NCBI GenBank assembly: GCA_043228905.1
Contig: JBHGNT010000007.1
Coordinates: 8,928,001-8,992,000 of the forward strand
Direction: 5' to 3'
DNA: 64,000 bases
Origin: Azolla caroliniana
Taxonomy: Eukaryota > Plantae > Polypodiophyta
Positions 49,601 to 61,994 of the stretch are shown here, one piece after another. Position 1 is the stretch's first letter. Each line of letters opens with the position of its first letter. Below the pieces are notes generated by a model. It was given only the letters and a program-made list of their open reading frames with translations. It was not told the DNA's origin and made no database searches. Position numbers and translations under genes: made by a program.

Positions 49601-52528
49601 AGTCTCCACTACTTGCCGTTTCTTCATCCGACTGGTCCAACCGACTCAGACGCTCGTTCGGTCCACTCAACCGAAACGATTCCGGACTCTCATCTTGAGT
49701 CCTGGCTTCATCATCCTCTGCCAGGGCTGATTCAGGCGCACTGGCCTGATCTTCTGACATTGGGTCGGGATCAGAAGTCGGAGTCGGTAGGGAGTACCAG
49801 GATGCCGATTCGTCGAACTCGACATCCCGGCTAACTCGGACTTCCTTCGTCCAGGGGTTATAGCACTTATACCCCTTTTGCTCTTGAGCATAACCGACTA
49901 GGATGCATTTTTCCGATTTTGCATCCAGCTTTCTCCGCTTCTGATCCGGCACATGCACATACGCTATGCTGCCGAATATCCGAAGGTGTCTCAAGTTCGG
50001 CTTGCGCCCGAAATACAGCTCATGAGCTGACACCTTGTCACCAATGCGGTTTTGTATGTAGACGGCCGTCTGGACCGCCTCCGCCCAGTAGAACCGGGGC
50101 ATGCTCTTCTCCTCTAGCATTGCCCTTGCCGCTTCGACGAGTGTTCGGTTCTTCCTTTCGGCCACACCGTTTTGCTCCGGTGTGTATCTGCAACTGAACT
50201 CTCGCCGAATTCCCTTCTGCTGCAGATAACTAGTGAATTGGCCGGAAAAATATTCCTTTCCGCCATCCGACCGAAGGCATTTGATTTTTCTCTCCGATTC
50301 CCGTTCCACCATTTTCTGGAGGCTTCGGAAACAGTCGAAGACTTCGCTCTTCCGCTCAATGAGGTAGATCCAAGTATGTCGAGTACAGTCGTCGATGAAG
50401 GAGACGAAGTATCGGCTCCTGCCAAGACTTACACTTTGTGCCGGTCCCCACACATCCGAATGAATGAGATCGAGCTTGTTACGGCTCCAGTTCCGTTCGG
50501 TGGGGAATGGAAGCCGGTGTTGCTTCCCAAGTTGGCAGGCTTCACAAATTTCGGCTCTCCGGCCGCTGAACTTCAGCAAACCGAAAACGACTTGTTTCGT
50601 TTGTAGGTCTTGAAGCCTCCGATAGTTGACGTGGCCTATCCGCTTGTGCCACAGGTCGATGTCCGACTCGACCTTCTGTCGTTTCGCGAACAGAGCGGTG
50701 CCAAAGTCATTGGTGTTGAGGATAAACATCCTCCCGTCTCTGCGCCCTTGCGCAATGACTTCGCCCTCATCCTCAATGAAGCACCCGAGGAGCGTAAACC
50801 GCACCTGCATCCCCTGGTCGACAATCTGACCGACGGACACCAGGTTCTTCGTGATTGTCGGAACGTGTAATACGTTCATCAGCTTCCCTTTCTGTCCGAC
50901 GTGGCTTAGAGGGACTTCTCCAACGTGCACGATTCGGTGAGGAGTGTCGTCTCTGGTTTCGACTACTCCTGGTTGATCCGGTTTCTCCAGAAAGGAGAAC
51001 CACTCTTTGTGGCTCGTCATGTGGTTCGACGCGCCAGAATCAACATACCACACTTCCTTCGTTTTGGAAGTGGTCTTCTTCATTGAGTTTGCCTTGTGAT
51101 TCATCACCAAGGTTGGCCCCTTATCGGCCTTTCCGGTTCCGGATCCTCCTGATCCGTTTGCGTAGTGCGAGTTTTGCCAGCCATCCTTACCGGTCTTGCC
51201 GGATCCGGATTTGTCCGAATCGGCACGCTTTCTCCAGCACTCACTTTCCCTGTGGCCTTTTTTGCCACAGTACCAGCATTCCGTAGCGGATTTGTCTTGC
51301 CGGCCTCCGGCACCGCCTTGACTCCCCCTGCTTGTGGAAGTCCCGGAACTGTTGTCGGCACGCTCATAGTGCCTCCGTTCGTGCTCTTGCCGGCCGCCTC
51401 CATTGCGTGCCGACCCACCTCTTCCACCACGCCCACGGAACCGATCCATTCCCGTGTACAACATTCGGCTGTCCGGGGATGCACTGATAGATGCACCGGC
51501 GTGGTTCTCCTCTACAAGGAGCATCGACTGTAAGTCGAAGAATGAGGGGGTATTCTCCCTTGTACACACCGCAGTCCGGAATGCTCCGAACTTGGACACC
51601 AGGCCTCCGAGACATACCTGCACCAGATTGTCTTCCTCTACGGTAACATTGATAGAGGCGAGCGAGTCACAGATCTCCTTTATCCGGCCCGTGTAGTCTG
51701 CCACGGACATGTTCTTCTATCGAACATTGCTCAACTCCTGTCTGAGTTGCAGCTTCCGGGCAGTGGTGCTTGCGGCGAAAACCTTTTTCAGGTTCCCCCA
51801 AGCATCCTTCGGTGTCTTGGCGTCACAGATGTGGCTAAGCAGTTGATCGCCGACACTGGACGCGAAGCAGTACATCACCCTGCTTGCCGCCTGTTCCCAT
51901 ACCGGGAAGTCCTTGTGTGCCATGTCTGGCGCCGCATCATTCGCTCCTTAACTCCAGTACTCGTGTCCAAGCAGGTATTGGTGCATCTTGTAAAACCAGG
52001 ATGCGTAGTTGCTCCTGTCGAGCTTCTCTACGAGGAGCGACGTAGCCATGCCTCTATCCATGTATTCTACTGTGTCTGTTTTCGACCTGTTAGGGTTTTC
52101 TTCTCAAGAGTAAATGTCTGCAGCAGAGGTTCTCAACCCTCGCGCTCTGATACCATGTAAACGTAAGTGTTTGCGGAAATGTAAAACAGAGAACAACACA
52201 TAGGGAGAGAGAGAGAGCGAGAGAGACAGAGAGAGCAGAACACAATTTCAAAATTATATCAAGACTCTGTATACACACTGTGCTAAGTAGCACTATTTAT
52301 ACAAGTCCTCTTGGGACTGATAGAAGTACCATGTACTTCAATGCTCACACGAGCATTTGACACTTACTACGAGACTATAGCTACCTAGTAGTCTATCCTA
52401 TACTAGGCTTCCGATTGGACTTCCGGTTACGGATTGCACCCGGCCTCCACTGCTTGCCGGTTCGGTTGCTCACCGTCATACCAATCCGTTTCGCCCAATC
52501 CGGCTTCGGTTGAGCTTGCCGCTCAACA
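46622..52528 (-). mobile_element. Full-length young Ty1/copia element (family A)
   Basis: LTRs 52156-52528 (5') and 46622-47030 (3'), near identical apart from a ~36-bp indel; Met-i PBS TGGTATCAGAGC 52155-52144; PPT 47031-47046; perfect TSD CCAAC. Confidence 0.97.
47025..52061 (-). pseudogene. Copia gag-pol polyprotein (gag, CCHC, PR, INT, RT, RH, C-terminal tail) with 5 point stops and one small deletion
   Basis: CWYCGKKGHRESEC, WYVDSGASNHM, RSDGGKEY, YVDD, ADIFTK; ORF pieces 51717-51923, 49260-51710, 48750-48977, 48393-48722 and 47025-48368. Confidence 0.93.
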
Positions 52529-53350
52529 CCAACAAACTCCCCCTTCACTCTGGCATGGGATTTCTTGTTAGTCTGATCCATCTCCGACACGTATCCAATT
52601 TGTCAACTGACAACACCTTGGTCAACATATCCAACCCATTCTCCTCTGTGTGGATCTTTGTAAGCGTGAAGTCTTGATCTTCTATCTTCTCCCGGAGCCA
52701 GTGATATCCTCTCTGGATGTGCTTGGTCCGAGAATGGTAGGCCGCGTTCTTAGAAAGGTGGATGACACTTTGGTTGTCACAGTAGAGCCGGTATTCCTCC
52801 TGTCGAATCCCTAACTCTCCGATGAAGTCCTTCATCCAGATTACTTCCTTGTCGGCTTCCACAGTTGCCATGTACTATGCTTCCGTTGTTGATAGTGCAA
52901 TGGACTTCTGCAACCTCGATTGCCACGATACGGCTCCCCCTGCATATGTCATGACGTATCCGGATGTGGACGAGTTGGTATCCACATCAGCCGACATATC
53001 TGAATCCGTAAAGCCTTCCAGTTGGGGTTTACTTGAGCCAAACCGGAGGCACATACTCAAGGTGCCTTTCAAGTACCGGAGTATCCACTTGACCACGTTC
53101 AAGTGTTCTCTTCCTAGATTGCTCACGAATCGGCTGACTACTCCTACAACATAAGCAATATCCGACCAGGTACACACCATTGCATACATCAAGCTTCCGA
53201 CGGTAGAGGCATATGGTATCTTCATCATATCCTACTTCTCTGCCTTCGTCCTCGGGCTCTGTTTTCCGAACAACTTGCAGTTCACCGGTAGTGTTGACCC
53301 AAATGGCTTTGTGTCTACCATGTTGAACCTCTAAAGCACCTTTGTCACGT

Positions 53351-54277
53351 TGTTGCCGAAATCTACGGATACGTGTCGAAAGGGGCAGAACCATGGGGGT
53401 CTCGGACGAGGAAGAGATGGATGCCGAGAGACCGACTCTCTCCGGTCCCGGCTACATCGACTGTGGCGCAAATCGGAGCGATTCCAGATGCGTATTAGAG
53501 GCTACCGAACACGAGAGAGGGAGGGAGAGAGCATATGCGCAACACCAACTCAACACACACTACTTATGTACAGAAACGGAAAGAAGAAACTCTGAAGACA
53601 CCGACACCAACACAGACGCACGGAACTTCACTTATGTATATTTACAAGAGAGAGATACAACTCCGGCTTTGAGTCGGAACTAAGGCATATTAGGTTACAA
53701 CAACGGTCTGCTGCCAAGCCGCCGATCGGGGAGCTCTCGGGCTCATTGTGCCGAGGGGGGTCTTGCACAGGAGACAGAGCGGAAGCGAAAACCCCTTAGG
53801 ACATACTTAACTGGACTAAACCCTAAACAAACACGAAGACTCAACCCACATGATGACGGAGAAGAGGACCTGGATGAAACCCTACAGAAAGAAAGTAAGT
53901 AAGTAAGAGAAAAGCTACCATACCTTAGACCTAAGTGGTATATTCTCCTAACTCAAAATGGGCAACCCCTCTACAAGGGACCCTCCCTTCCTTTTATAGT
54001 CCAAGGAGGGAGGGATGTTACAATGTGGGATAAATCCCTTATTACATGGGATACTCTATCCCGATTCAACTCTTATTCGGCGCCTTAAAGACACCCCTAT
54101 CTTTGTACATCTTTTACAAGAGTGAGTGCACGCGGTGCACTCTACCGATATCACCAATAACCCCGGTTTTCGCACTGTGGTTGCGAATCCTCACTTCTAA
54201 CTAGATTATATTTAGGTAACTACGAAGTTACATGGTTGACTAACTAACTAAACTGAGTTGAGCTTGATCTCTCAACA
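53351..54277 (-). mobile_element. LTR-like sequence truncating the Tork-like copia
   Basis: Abrupt TGTTG start at 53351; reverse TATA CCTTTTATAG near 53990; ends TTGAGCTTGATCTCTCAACA; no TSD found, may be composite. Confidence 0.55.
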
Positions 54278-54299
54278 AACCCCATAAATTTTTTTCCCT

Positions 54300-54697
54300 C
54301 TTATTACATTGTGCTCCCCATCCTTATATAGTGATGGGAGAGACTTAGCACATAGCAATCCATGCTTTTTCTAACTATAGACTTCATTCTTTTTCTTCTA
54401 ATAATAGTGTTCATGCATGTGAGATGTGCATGAAAAGCTTTTGGGATCATGTGTTTTCTTTTAACTAAAGTTTTATGCACTCTACACGTATAAAAGTAGT
54501 TTTTCTTAAAAAATGTATGTGAACTAATCTTTGTATAGTATGATGGGAAGGTTTGAGTTTGTTTACATGGAAGTGCAAAGTTCAAATATTGCCCTATGCA
54601 TGTAATATATATTTTAATATTTTCTTCTATTTCTTCATATTTATTGAATCGGGTACTCCGTACATATTTCACGTAATGCATGAAGTACAATACAACA
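54300..54697 (-). mobile_element. Partial LTR related to the 22160 gypsy LTR
   Basis: Reverse complement starts TGTTGTATTGTACTTCATGCATTACGTGAAATATGTA and includes CCATCACTATATAAGG as in 28303-28690. Confidence 0.8.
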
Positions 54698-55445
54698 CCG
54701 AGCCGATCGGGATTTCCTAATTCTCAAAATCCTAATTTTCTCAAAACCAATCTTCGTGGGACATCATATGATTGGATGCTCCCGAATCGACAAACCATAC
54801 ATTATCCGAAGGAGAGGTGCTTGTCTCATGTTGTGTCGACATTGAATGCGCTTTGTGCTTCATCATGAACATTCCACCAGGATCGCCATAGTCGGATTTC
54901 GAAGCATAGTTAGTGAGTTGTCGGCTAGTCGAAGCTGATTCCCATTGCTTCTTTCGCACTCCTCTTCGTAGTGGTTGAGTTTTCCATAGTACTCGCATTC
55001 GATTGGGTTATTGTGATGGCTCGGTTTGACAGTGTGGCTCCCCCTTCTACCGAACTCTCTAGGATTGCTCCTACCATCTTACCATTGGTAGGAGTTGCAT
55101 TCTCAGGTCGGCTAACTCTGTCGCCCTCAGTTGAATCGACCTTTGTTTCCTCGTCTGAATCCTCTTCTATCGTCTGAACAAGAAGTTTGTCCTGTCGAGC
55201 TTCTCCGTAGGAAGAGTGCTTCCCATCAGAGTATTCATGATGTCGATTTCTTTCTCTGTTGCTTGAATCGGTTCTCATGATCGTCAGTGTTGTGATCACA
55301 ACACAGTTGAGCGAGTTTGATCAAACAACCACACGCTTTGATACCATGTAAAGAAGGTGAGACATAGGAGTTGTTAGGCAACGAAGCAAACTCTGTGTGT
55401 GTGAGTACACGTAATGCAAGACAAAGGGGGGGGGGGGGGGGGGGG

Positions 55446-55486
<41 letters not shown>

Positions 55487-55675
55487 CTTGAACAAGAAGT
55501 TGTATTAGTAGAAATAGAATTACATCCAACAGTAACTAAGTTACAAAAGGTTGGTTTAAATACCAATTGATCTAAGGCAAGTGTTCTTTCTACTAATTAT
55601 ACAACTAGCCTAGTATGATGTCCAATGACTAGTGTGAACACTATCTCTAAGGGAAGTTGAGTTCGATTCTGAACA
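54698..55675 (-). mobile_element. Copia 5' fragment: LTR 55347-55675, Met-i PBS, short gag-like region and protease
   Basis: GCTTTGATACCA ending 55346; VWFVDSGASNHM; degenerate knuckle CEYYGKLNHYEEEC. Confidence 0.85.
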
Positions 55676-55696
55676 TTAACTTAAAGAAAATCACAA

Positions 55697-57680
55697 TGTC
55701 ATACATATCCCCTTAATCTCGAAGAAATATAATAGGATCTAATGAGAACTATGAATAGATACAAAAAGCCAAATGGGTGGGATTAAGTTAATCAGAGATT
55801 AGAGAGCTCTAGGAGGACAAAATATATTCCCTCCAAACTCTAGCGGGAAGAAGAAAAAGAAGAAGCATAACACTACTTTTATGCTTCGTTATTCAAATGT
55901 TTTTGCTTATTTACCTTTCTAGCCTACCCTAGAGCTAGATAGTTTTTTGCGAGGTGTCCTTTCCATTGATCTTTGTGGAGGTCTTCTATCCCTTGGTACT
56001 TGTTTTGTAAAATCTCTCTCAACCTAATGAGTTTAGAATCTTGGTTGCACCCACCATTGTGGAGTGTTTGGTTAACAAGGGTTAAAATGATGTACACGAC
56101 GAGCAAGAGGGTGAGAGTGGGATTGGTACTGGGGTACGACGGAAGCATTCAAAGGTTAGCAATGATAAGTGTGCTTGTTGTGTTGATCTTGATGAATAGA
56201 GGAAGTTAGGAACTTGTTTGGTATAATGTTAGTATGCAGCCAATCGTTTGCATCCAAGATGGTGAAGATGCCAAGTTATCCCAAAATGTGGAGTCGAAGA
56301 AACTCTATAAACAAACATCATGATGGTTGAATTCTAAGTGGTTTGTTGGAGGGATCAAGTACTTTGTGGAACCAACTCCGACTATTGCATGGATGTAACG
56401 TGGAATAGTCCTTCATCTTTTAATTGTAGAGTTATGGTAATCTAAGAATAGGTTCACCTTGGTTTTGACTTCGACGCTGAGTTAGTAACTGAATGCATCT
56501 GTGAATAAGAGAGGGATCTCATGAAAACCAAACTACATGGGATAGGTGTTGGTTCCATTTGCTAGAATGATTGCCTTGTCATTCTCTCTTCTTGTCCAAC
56601 TGAAGTCTTCAACGAAGGCATAGTTACATTGGAAACGGTCAACAAAATTATTGTCGAAGATGGCAACGTTGAAACACTTATCTTGTTGAGCGTGTGTGGA
56701 TTCTTCTATTATCATTAGGAGGGGGAGTTCCTAGTGTAGGAGTTGTTAAAAGGGAGAGCTATTTGAAGTATTCCTTCGACTAATTAACTCCCACACATGT
56801 CTCTAGAAATTCCCATTCATAGTTCACACTGAAAACTTAAGTTCTTCATATATATACTTGAGCTTGGAGGGTTCACACTACGTCAACCCCATGGGCCTTT
56901 CCCTTTCTAGTGTGCCCTATGTACATCAATCATGACTCTACCCCCAAATGATAGATAGACAACATTCTTTTGGGACATTGCATTGACCACTACATAATGT
57001 AAAGGGGGTTGTAATACATATATGAAAATATAAGAATGTAATGTAGTTTGACATATGTCAACTATTGGTTAGTACGTTTGATGAGTAAGAATGGGTGATG
57101 GCCTAAAAGTAAATACAATAAAAGAATATCACAAAAGCTCATTAGAATCCCCCCCCCCCAAAAAGTTTGATTTACAAAATCATCATATATACGTACGTGA
57201 CGACGCTAAGCCCATAGTATGTTAATGCACATATGTGTATGCATGTATGTGATGAGTGAGACCCATACGAGAAAAGAGAATGAAAGAAGACGCAACATTT
57301 ATCCCACATACAAAAGAAGGCACATAGATGGAGGCATATATATGAGTAAGTGGAAGAGAGAAGCCTTCATCCCGGGTGGTTCTGTACCTGTAACCCTCAC
57401 AAGGGGGGGATTTGGGGGCTGTGTGGAGGCATGGCTCCGCTGGGCTAAGGACCGGCAGGCGGCGCATCTGAATGGGCGCGCCCGCTCCAAGCAGAGAGTG
57501 TCGGTGGGCGTCTCGCCGGAGGGTGAGGCGTCCGGCGCCTTGAAGTGGTGGGGTACCGCGTGTAAGGCCGGCGACGGAGCAGCGATCACCCCCCTCTCTC
57601 GGCGGTGGAGGGACCACGCCGCCCTTGCGCCCCTACTGATCATCCTCTCAGAGCCGCCACTGTCCACCGCAGCCTCCCCC
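55697..57680 (+). repeat. Dispersed duplication, copy 1 (partner 61995-63656)
   Basis: Collinear shared blocks, e.g. 56246/62778, 56931/63038 and 57097/63078; the last ~580 bp is near identical. Confidence 0.88.
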
Positions 57681-57689
57681 ATTCTTTTT

Positions 57690-57925
57690 ATCCAACAAAA
57701 CCTTTTTGACATTGAGATGGATGAGACCCATTCCAACAACAAGAACCTTTACATTTTCCACAAGCCTTGAGCAAACCCAAAATTGTATGTTGATTGAGAT
57801 ACAAAAGATCCTCCTTTTGCATTTGATGGTATAACAACAGAGCTTGCTTTTGGTTTGTCATTCTTAATATAGCCAGTGACGAGGGCATTGAGAGAATGGG
57901 TATTAGGATTTGCCATAACCATATA
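57690..57925 (-). pseudogene. PLS-type pentatricopeptide repeat (PPR) gene fragment, frameshifted
   Basis: MANPNTHSLNALVTGYIKNDKPK / QALLLYHQMQKEDLLYLNQHTILGLLKACG fits PPR P and L motif patterns. Confidence 0.65.
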
Positions 57926-58699
57926 TGTGCTTACCTTCTAGGGTGTTGTTGCCATTGTGGGTTCTTCTTGACCTTGGTTTAGCTTTTGCTCTTCTTCTTG
58001 TGCTTCATGATGGCCATGGGATTGATTCCATAAGCTGCTGATGGAGTTCTGATCCGGACACATTGACATTTAAGGACTAATTTGGATCATTGGGTAGTTC
58101 CTTATGAATCTATATGTACAAAAAAAGGGGTGTTTATGTACATTGTTCAAATGGTGCCTCATTTGGAGTTTTAGCTTAGTGAAGCCACTCTCGCCTCTAG
58201 GTGCACATAGAAATTTGCAATATGGCTCGTAGAAATCTACGCTTTCACATTGAGAGTACCTTAGGGTTTCTTAGGAAGCGGTTTTATGAGGCTTATGAGC
58301 TCACAAACAAATCACATCCATGCTTTTAGGGTTTAAGATTCAAGGAAAATCTTGTTTTGAGGTGTGGAGTTTAACATTTATGGAAGGTCTCCAAAATGGA
58401 TTCTTATTGGGGTTTGGAGTTTAATATTTATGGATGGATGTCTATGTCTTTACATGGAGTACCTCCCGTAGGTAGAAGAGGTTCATATAGGACAAATATA
58501 TGTGCTAGCTAGTAAGTTATTAGTTTTGTATAGGGATGGTGATATCTCATAATGCATTGTATTTTTTTTCCAAAAAAACACTACTTCCCATTAGTTAGCA
58601 AAAGAATTATGTATTCTTGTACGGACATTACTAACAAAAGTCTAAGGTTGCTAACACATTCATTATACATTGACTAGAAATTGTTAGTGGTTAACATCT

Positions 58700-61420
58700 T
58701 TCGAGTTCTTCATTCCACACACTTCAATAGAATTCGTCTAGTCTTAACTCCTCTCTCATTTTCTATTACAACATCTCTCTATGAAAACAACCCACTAAAA
58801 CTTGAGAGTGCATGGACAGAACAATTTGATGCTCTTCATATCATGGAATGTGTAATTATTGATATGCAAGAGTACTCAAATAAGCAAACATGTCTCTTTT
58901 CATAAGCAGAAAATTTAAAAAACTCAAATATTACAATAATTAGCGTCTCATAATGGTAGCCTCCTCTTTGTTGTCATGAAGTGTTATCTCTTCCACCATG
59001 AATGTTTTTCTACAAAGAGTATCCACACGTAGGTATAAAATGATGGATAGATATAGAAATGTTTGCTTCTTCCTCTACACAAAGTGAATGAGTTTTGATA
59101 TGTGAGAGACATCTTATTGGATAAGTACGTGTCATATATCCTTTTATTAACCTGCTATCTTCATGGAGTAAAATTTGTAGTCTTTGACGATGCAATTTCA
59201 AACAAGGTTCTATATCTAGATATGTTAAGCTCTCATCGATTAGTTGTTAACTTATATTACACACTAAGTCTTTGCAACATAGTATGACGTTTGTGTAAAC
59301 TTTGTTAAATAAAAAACAATGAGAAAGAAAGTTAGAAAAAGTATAGAAATTGGATAGTTAGAGCCGCATCATTGGATCAAGCACAATTCAGTGACAAATA
59401 ATGAATGATATTGGGCAATTGTTAAAATTGAAGGATGGTTTTAGCTTTGATTTTGTGATCTTTAACAAGGCTTCGATACCTCGAAATGACACTAAAGGGT
59501 TTCTATAATGATACCAATAGCATTGTTAAGAAACCAAAGGCAGACATATCTTTAGTAGTAGATTGCGATGGATAAGGCATTTCATGTATTGAATTGTCTA
59601 ATGTTTGTTTGTGATGGAAATATATACTGAAGAGGTTGAGAAGTAATTAGAACCAAGAAATGTTCTTAAATATTGGTATACATCGACCCTCCATACACAA
59701 CAAGAATCTTCCCGTTGCTTTCACTAAAAAGATGCATATTAGACTGTTTTTTAAGTTCTTGTCGTGTTTAGTCTTTTACACTAGTTGCCTTGGATCTCTC
59801 TTGAGAATTTTGAAGATTGCCTCTCAAGTAATGGTGTGATAGTTGTCAATCTCAAGGTCTCTCAACTAAGGCACAAGAAAACCATTGGTTGATGCTAATG
59901 TTCTTTGTATCCTTTCCATATTTAGAATCCAAATTGTGAACAAATGGTCATATTATGATGGACATTGTTTAATTATCTTCACATGGGGCATTTCACTTGC
60001 ATTCTTTCTTACTATCATATTGACATATGTTGTTGCTCTACACTTGTTTCACTCATCTCCTTTTGAAGAAAATTTACATGTGATGCCATGATGTAAGTTG
60101 TTATTACCTATTATTAGGTTTATTTTCTTCTTGTCAAAAGTTGATATGAACTAATACATTATCATACTTCCTCATTGAAAGAATTCAAGCAACCTACCAA
60201 ATCAAATATATTGACACAAACCTTTGCAATATTGTTCGTCACAATCATTCGCGAACAAAATGTTTCATTTATGTTGATCAAACTCTCGCCCATAACCACC
60301 ATATGACCACAAGATGTGTATGACTATTAACGATAAACTGTAAATAAAAACTTTTTTTAAAAATCCTCGAATGTGCATTGACATTTATGTGTGACCACAA
60401 CAATTGAAATATTCCTAGTTTGTATGTTTCCCAAATGGTAGACTTGACTCTTGAGGTAGACACATAATTTTACAAACACACAATGTTAGGTCCCAAAATG
60501 TTAGTCACATTTTCGAGCTATGCTACAAAACATTGATTATGATTAATGAGTGAATGTCTTGACTTATGTCCCTATCAAAGAACTTAATCAAATAATTCAC
60601 TATGTGCTCTTGTACTCTAATGATGTTGGAACTTAAGCTCACATTAAATTGCCTTGGAGTGGAGTTTTGCTTCTTATGGGGTTGTTCAATATTTGGTTAC
60701 TAGTATTGGTTGTCGTTAGTGATATTGATGCCACAGTAAAACATGAGAACATTCAGCATTCCTCATTTTTGTAAGAATATAATACCTTTTGATGTTGACA
60801 TGATTATATTTTATGGCAATTTACAAATATGCTACAACAGTTTGCCATATTTTCTGAACTAGCACCCAAGTTTACGAAACTCCCAAAGCACCAAAGTAGC
60901 ATTTGCCATAAATGTTTTAGAACTTGCCATGATTTTCTTAAAAGCTTGCCTAGTTAATGTATGAATTTATATCCTCAAGGGAAAAAATATACAACAAGAA
61001 TTATCAATTGTTAATTGATCTAGTTAGTTAAAATAATGTTGGAAATTCGAGATTCTATTTATTGGTAAAAAAAAGTCAAGATTCTAATTTCGAAACCTAA
61101 GTCCTAATTGATTCACTTGGCAAAAGAAGAAGGCTATGCATTACTAAAATGCCATTTTAGGTAATAATTGTTTACAATAAGCGTATCCTTAATTAAACCA
61201 TTCAAAGACCAAAATACTTGCTTCATAGTTTGTGCATAGTATTAGGTCTACACCATAGATTGAGATATTCGCATTCGTGGGGCCTCCCCCACGAATACTA
61301 ACGAATATGTATAAGAATATTTATTCCAATATTCGTTAACTTTTTTTTTCCCCTTTTTTTCCCTAATTTTTTTTTGAAAAAATGCATTCGACGAGTAGCG
61401 AATAGAGAAGAGCTCTACAG
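58700..61420 (+). mobile_element. Possible highly decayed hAT-like DNA transposon
   Basis: Weak hAT-like peptides (NDIGQL near 59405; CEQ/NWS-like near 59935) and TATTCG/CGAATA subterminal-type motifs with a hairpin at 61273-61298. Confidence 0.3.
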
Positions 61421-61994
61421 GGAATAGCAATCAACAATCAACAGGGAACAACATCAAACATTAGCTCCTCGAAATTTAGGGTTCGACTCCATCAAACATC
61501 GGTCATATATATTCTATATTCATATCATGTGAATGATGGCATGTAATGGCTTGAATCCTTCCTTGATCTGTGTCGATAGAATTTTATTTTGCATTCTATG
61601 TAGAAACTCTACCAATTTGAATGGATCAATAAATAAATTGAGTACATCTATAATAGTATTACAAAATGTAAGGATAGATTGTTGACCTTCACAATGGATG
61701 GGATTGAAATTTGTACATGATATGTACACCATATTTGAATGAATTTTCATTCTCCTTGTTAAGGACATTTTTTATCATGGTATTTTTGAATTCCTAAACT
61801 AACATCACGACTATAACTTTGATCCTACTAGGAGTGAGAATATATCTTCCCCTAGTCTTATCTTAAATCACCAACTTTCTTTATCCATTTGGCACCAATG
61901 TTAAATGCCACGTTCTTGTGTCTTAATTAAAAAAGAAGATGTCAGGAAATCACACAAAAACATAAGGAACCAAAGCTTACATTCCTCAACGGTT

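Larger units (their letters stand above)
46096..53350 (-). mobile_element. Tnt1/Tork-like copia 3' part: RT/RNase H 52545-53350 and 3' LTR 46096-52534, interrupted by the young family A copy
   Basis: IPYASTVGSLMYAM, AVSWQSRLQKSIALSTTEA; PPT reverse complement AACTCCCCCT at 52535; same family as 19404-22159. Confidence 0.88.

Noticed and set aside
47025-52061. Stops in the young copia at Gln/Arg codons suggested repair by U-to-C RNA editing as in fern organelles
   Set aside because: The locus is nuclear, one stop derives from TGG (DANW) and there is a small deletion in gag; methyl-C deamination explains the stops.
49322-52160. Many overlapping antisense or alternate-frame ORFs in the copia and gypsy elements
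   Set aside because: They are shadow ORFs of GC-rich retroelement coding sequence.
56250-56720. LINE ORF1 (DUF4283-like) remnant on the minus strand, also at 62260-63000
   Set aside because: The similarity is too weak to support by eye and needs a frameshift-aware HMM search.
57219-57770. 183-aa and 137-aa ORFs over the GC-rich duplicated block as protein genes
   Set aside because: They are open on both strands because of high GC, starts and ends differ between copies, and no domain was recognised.
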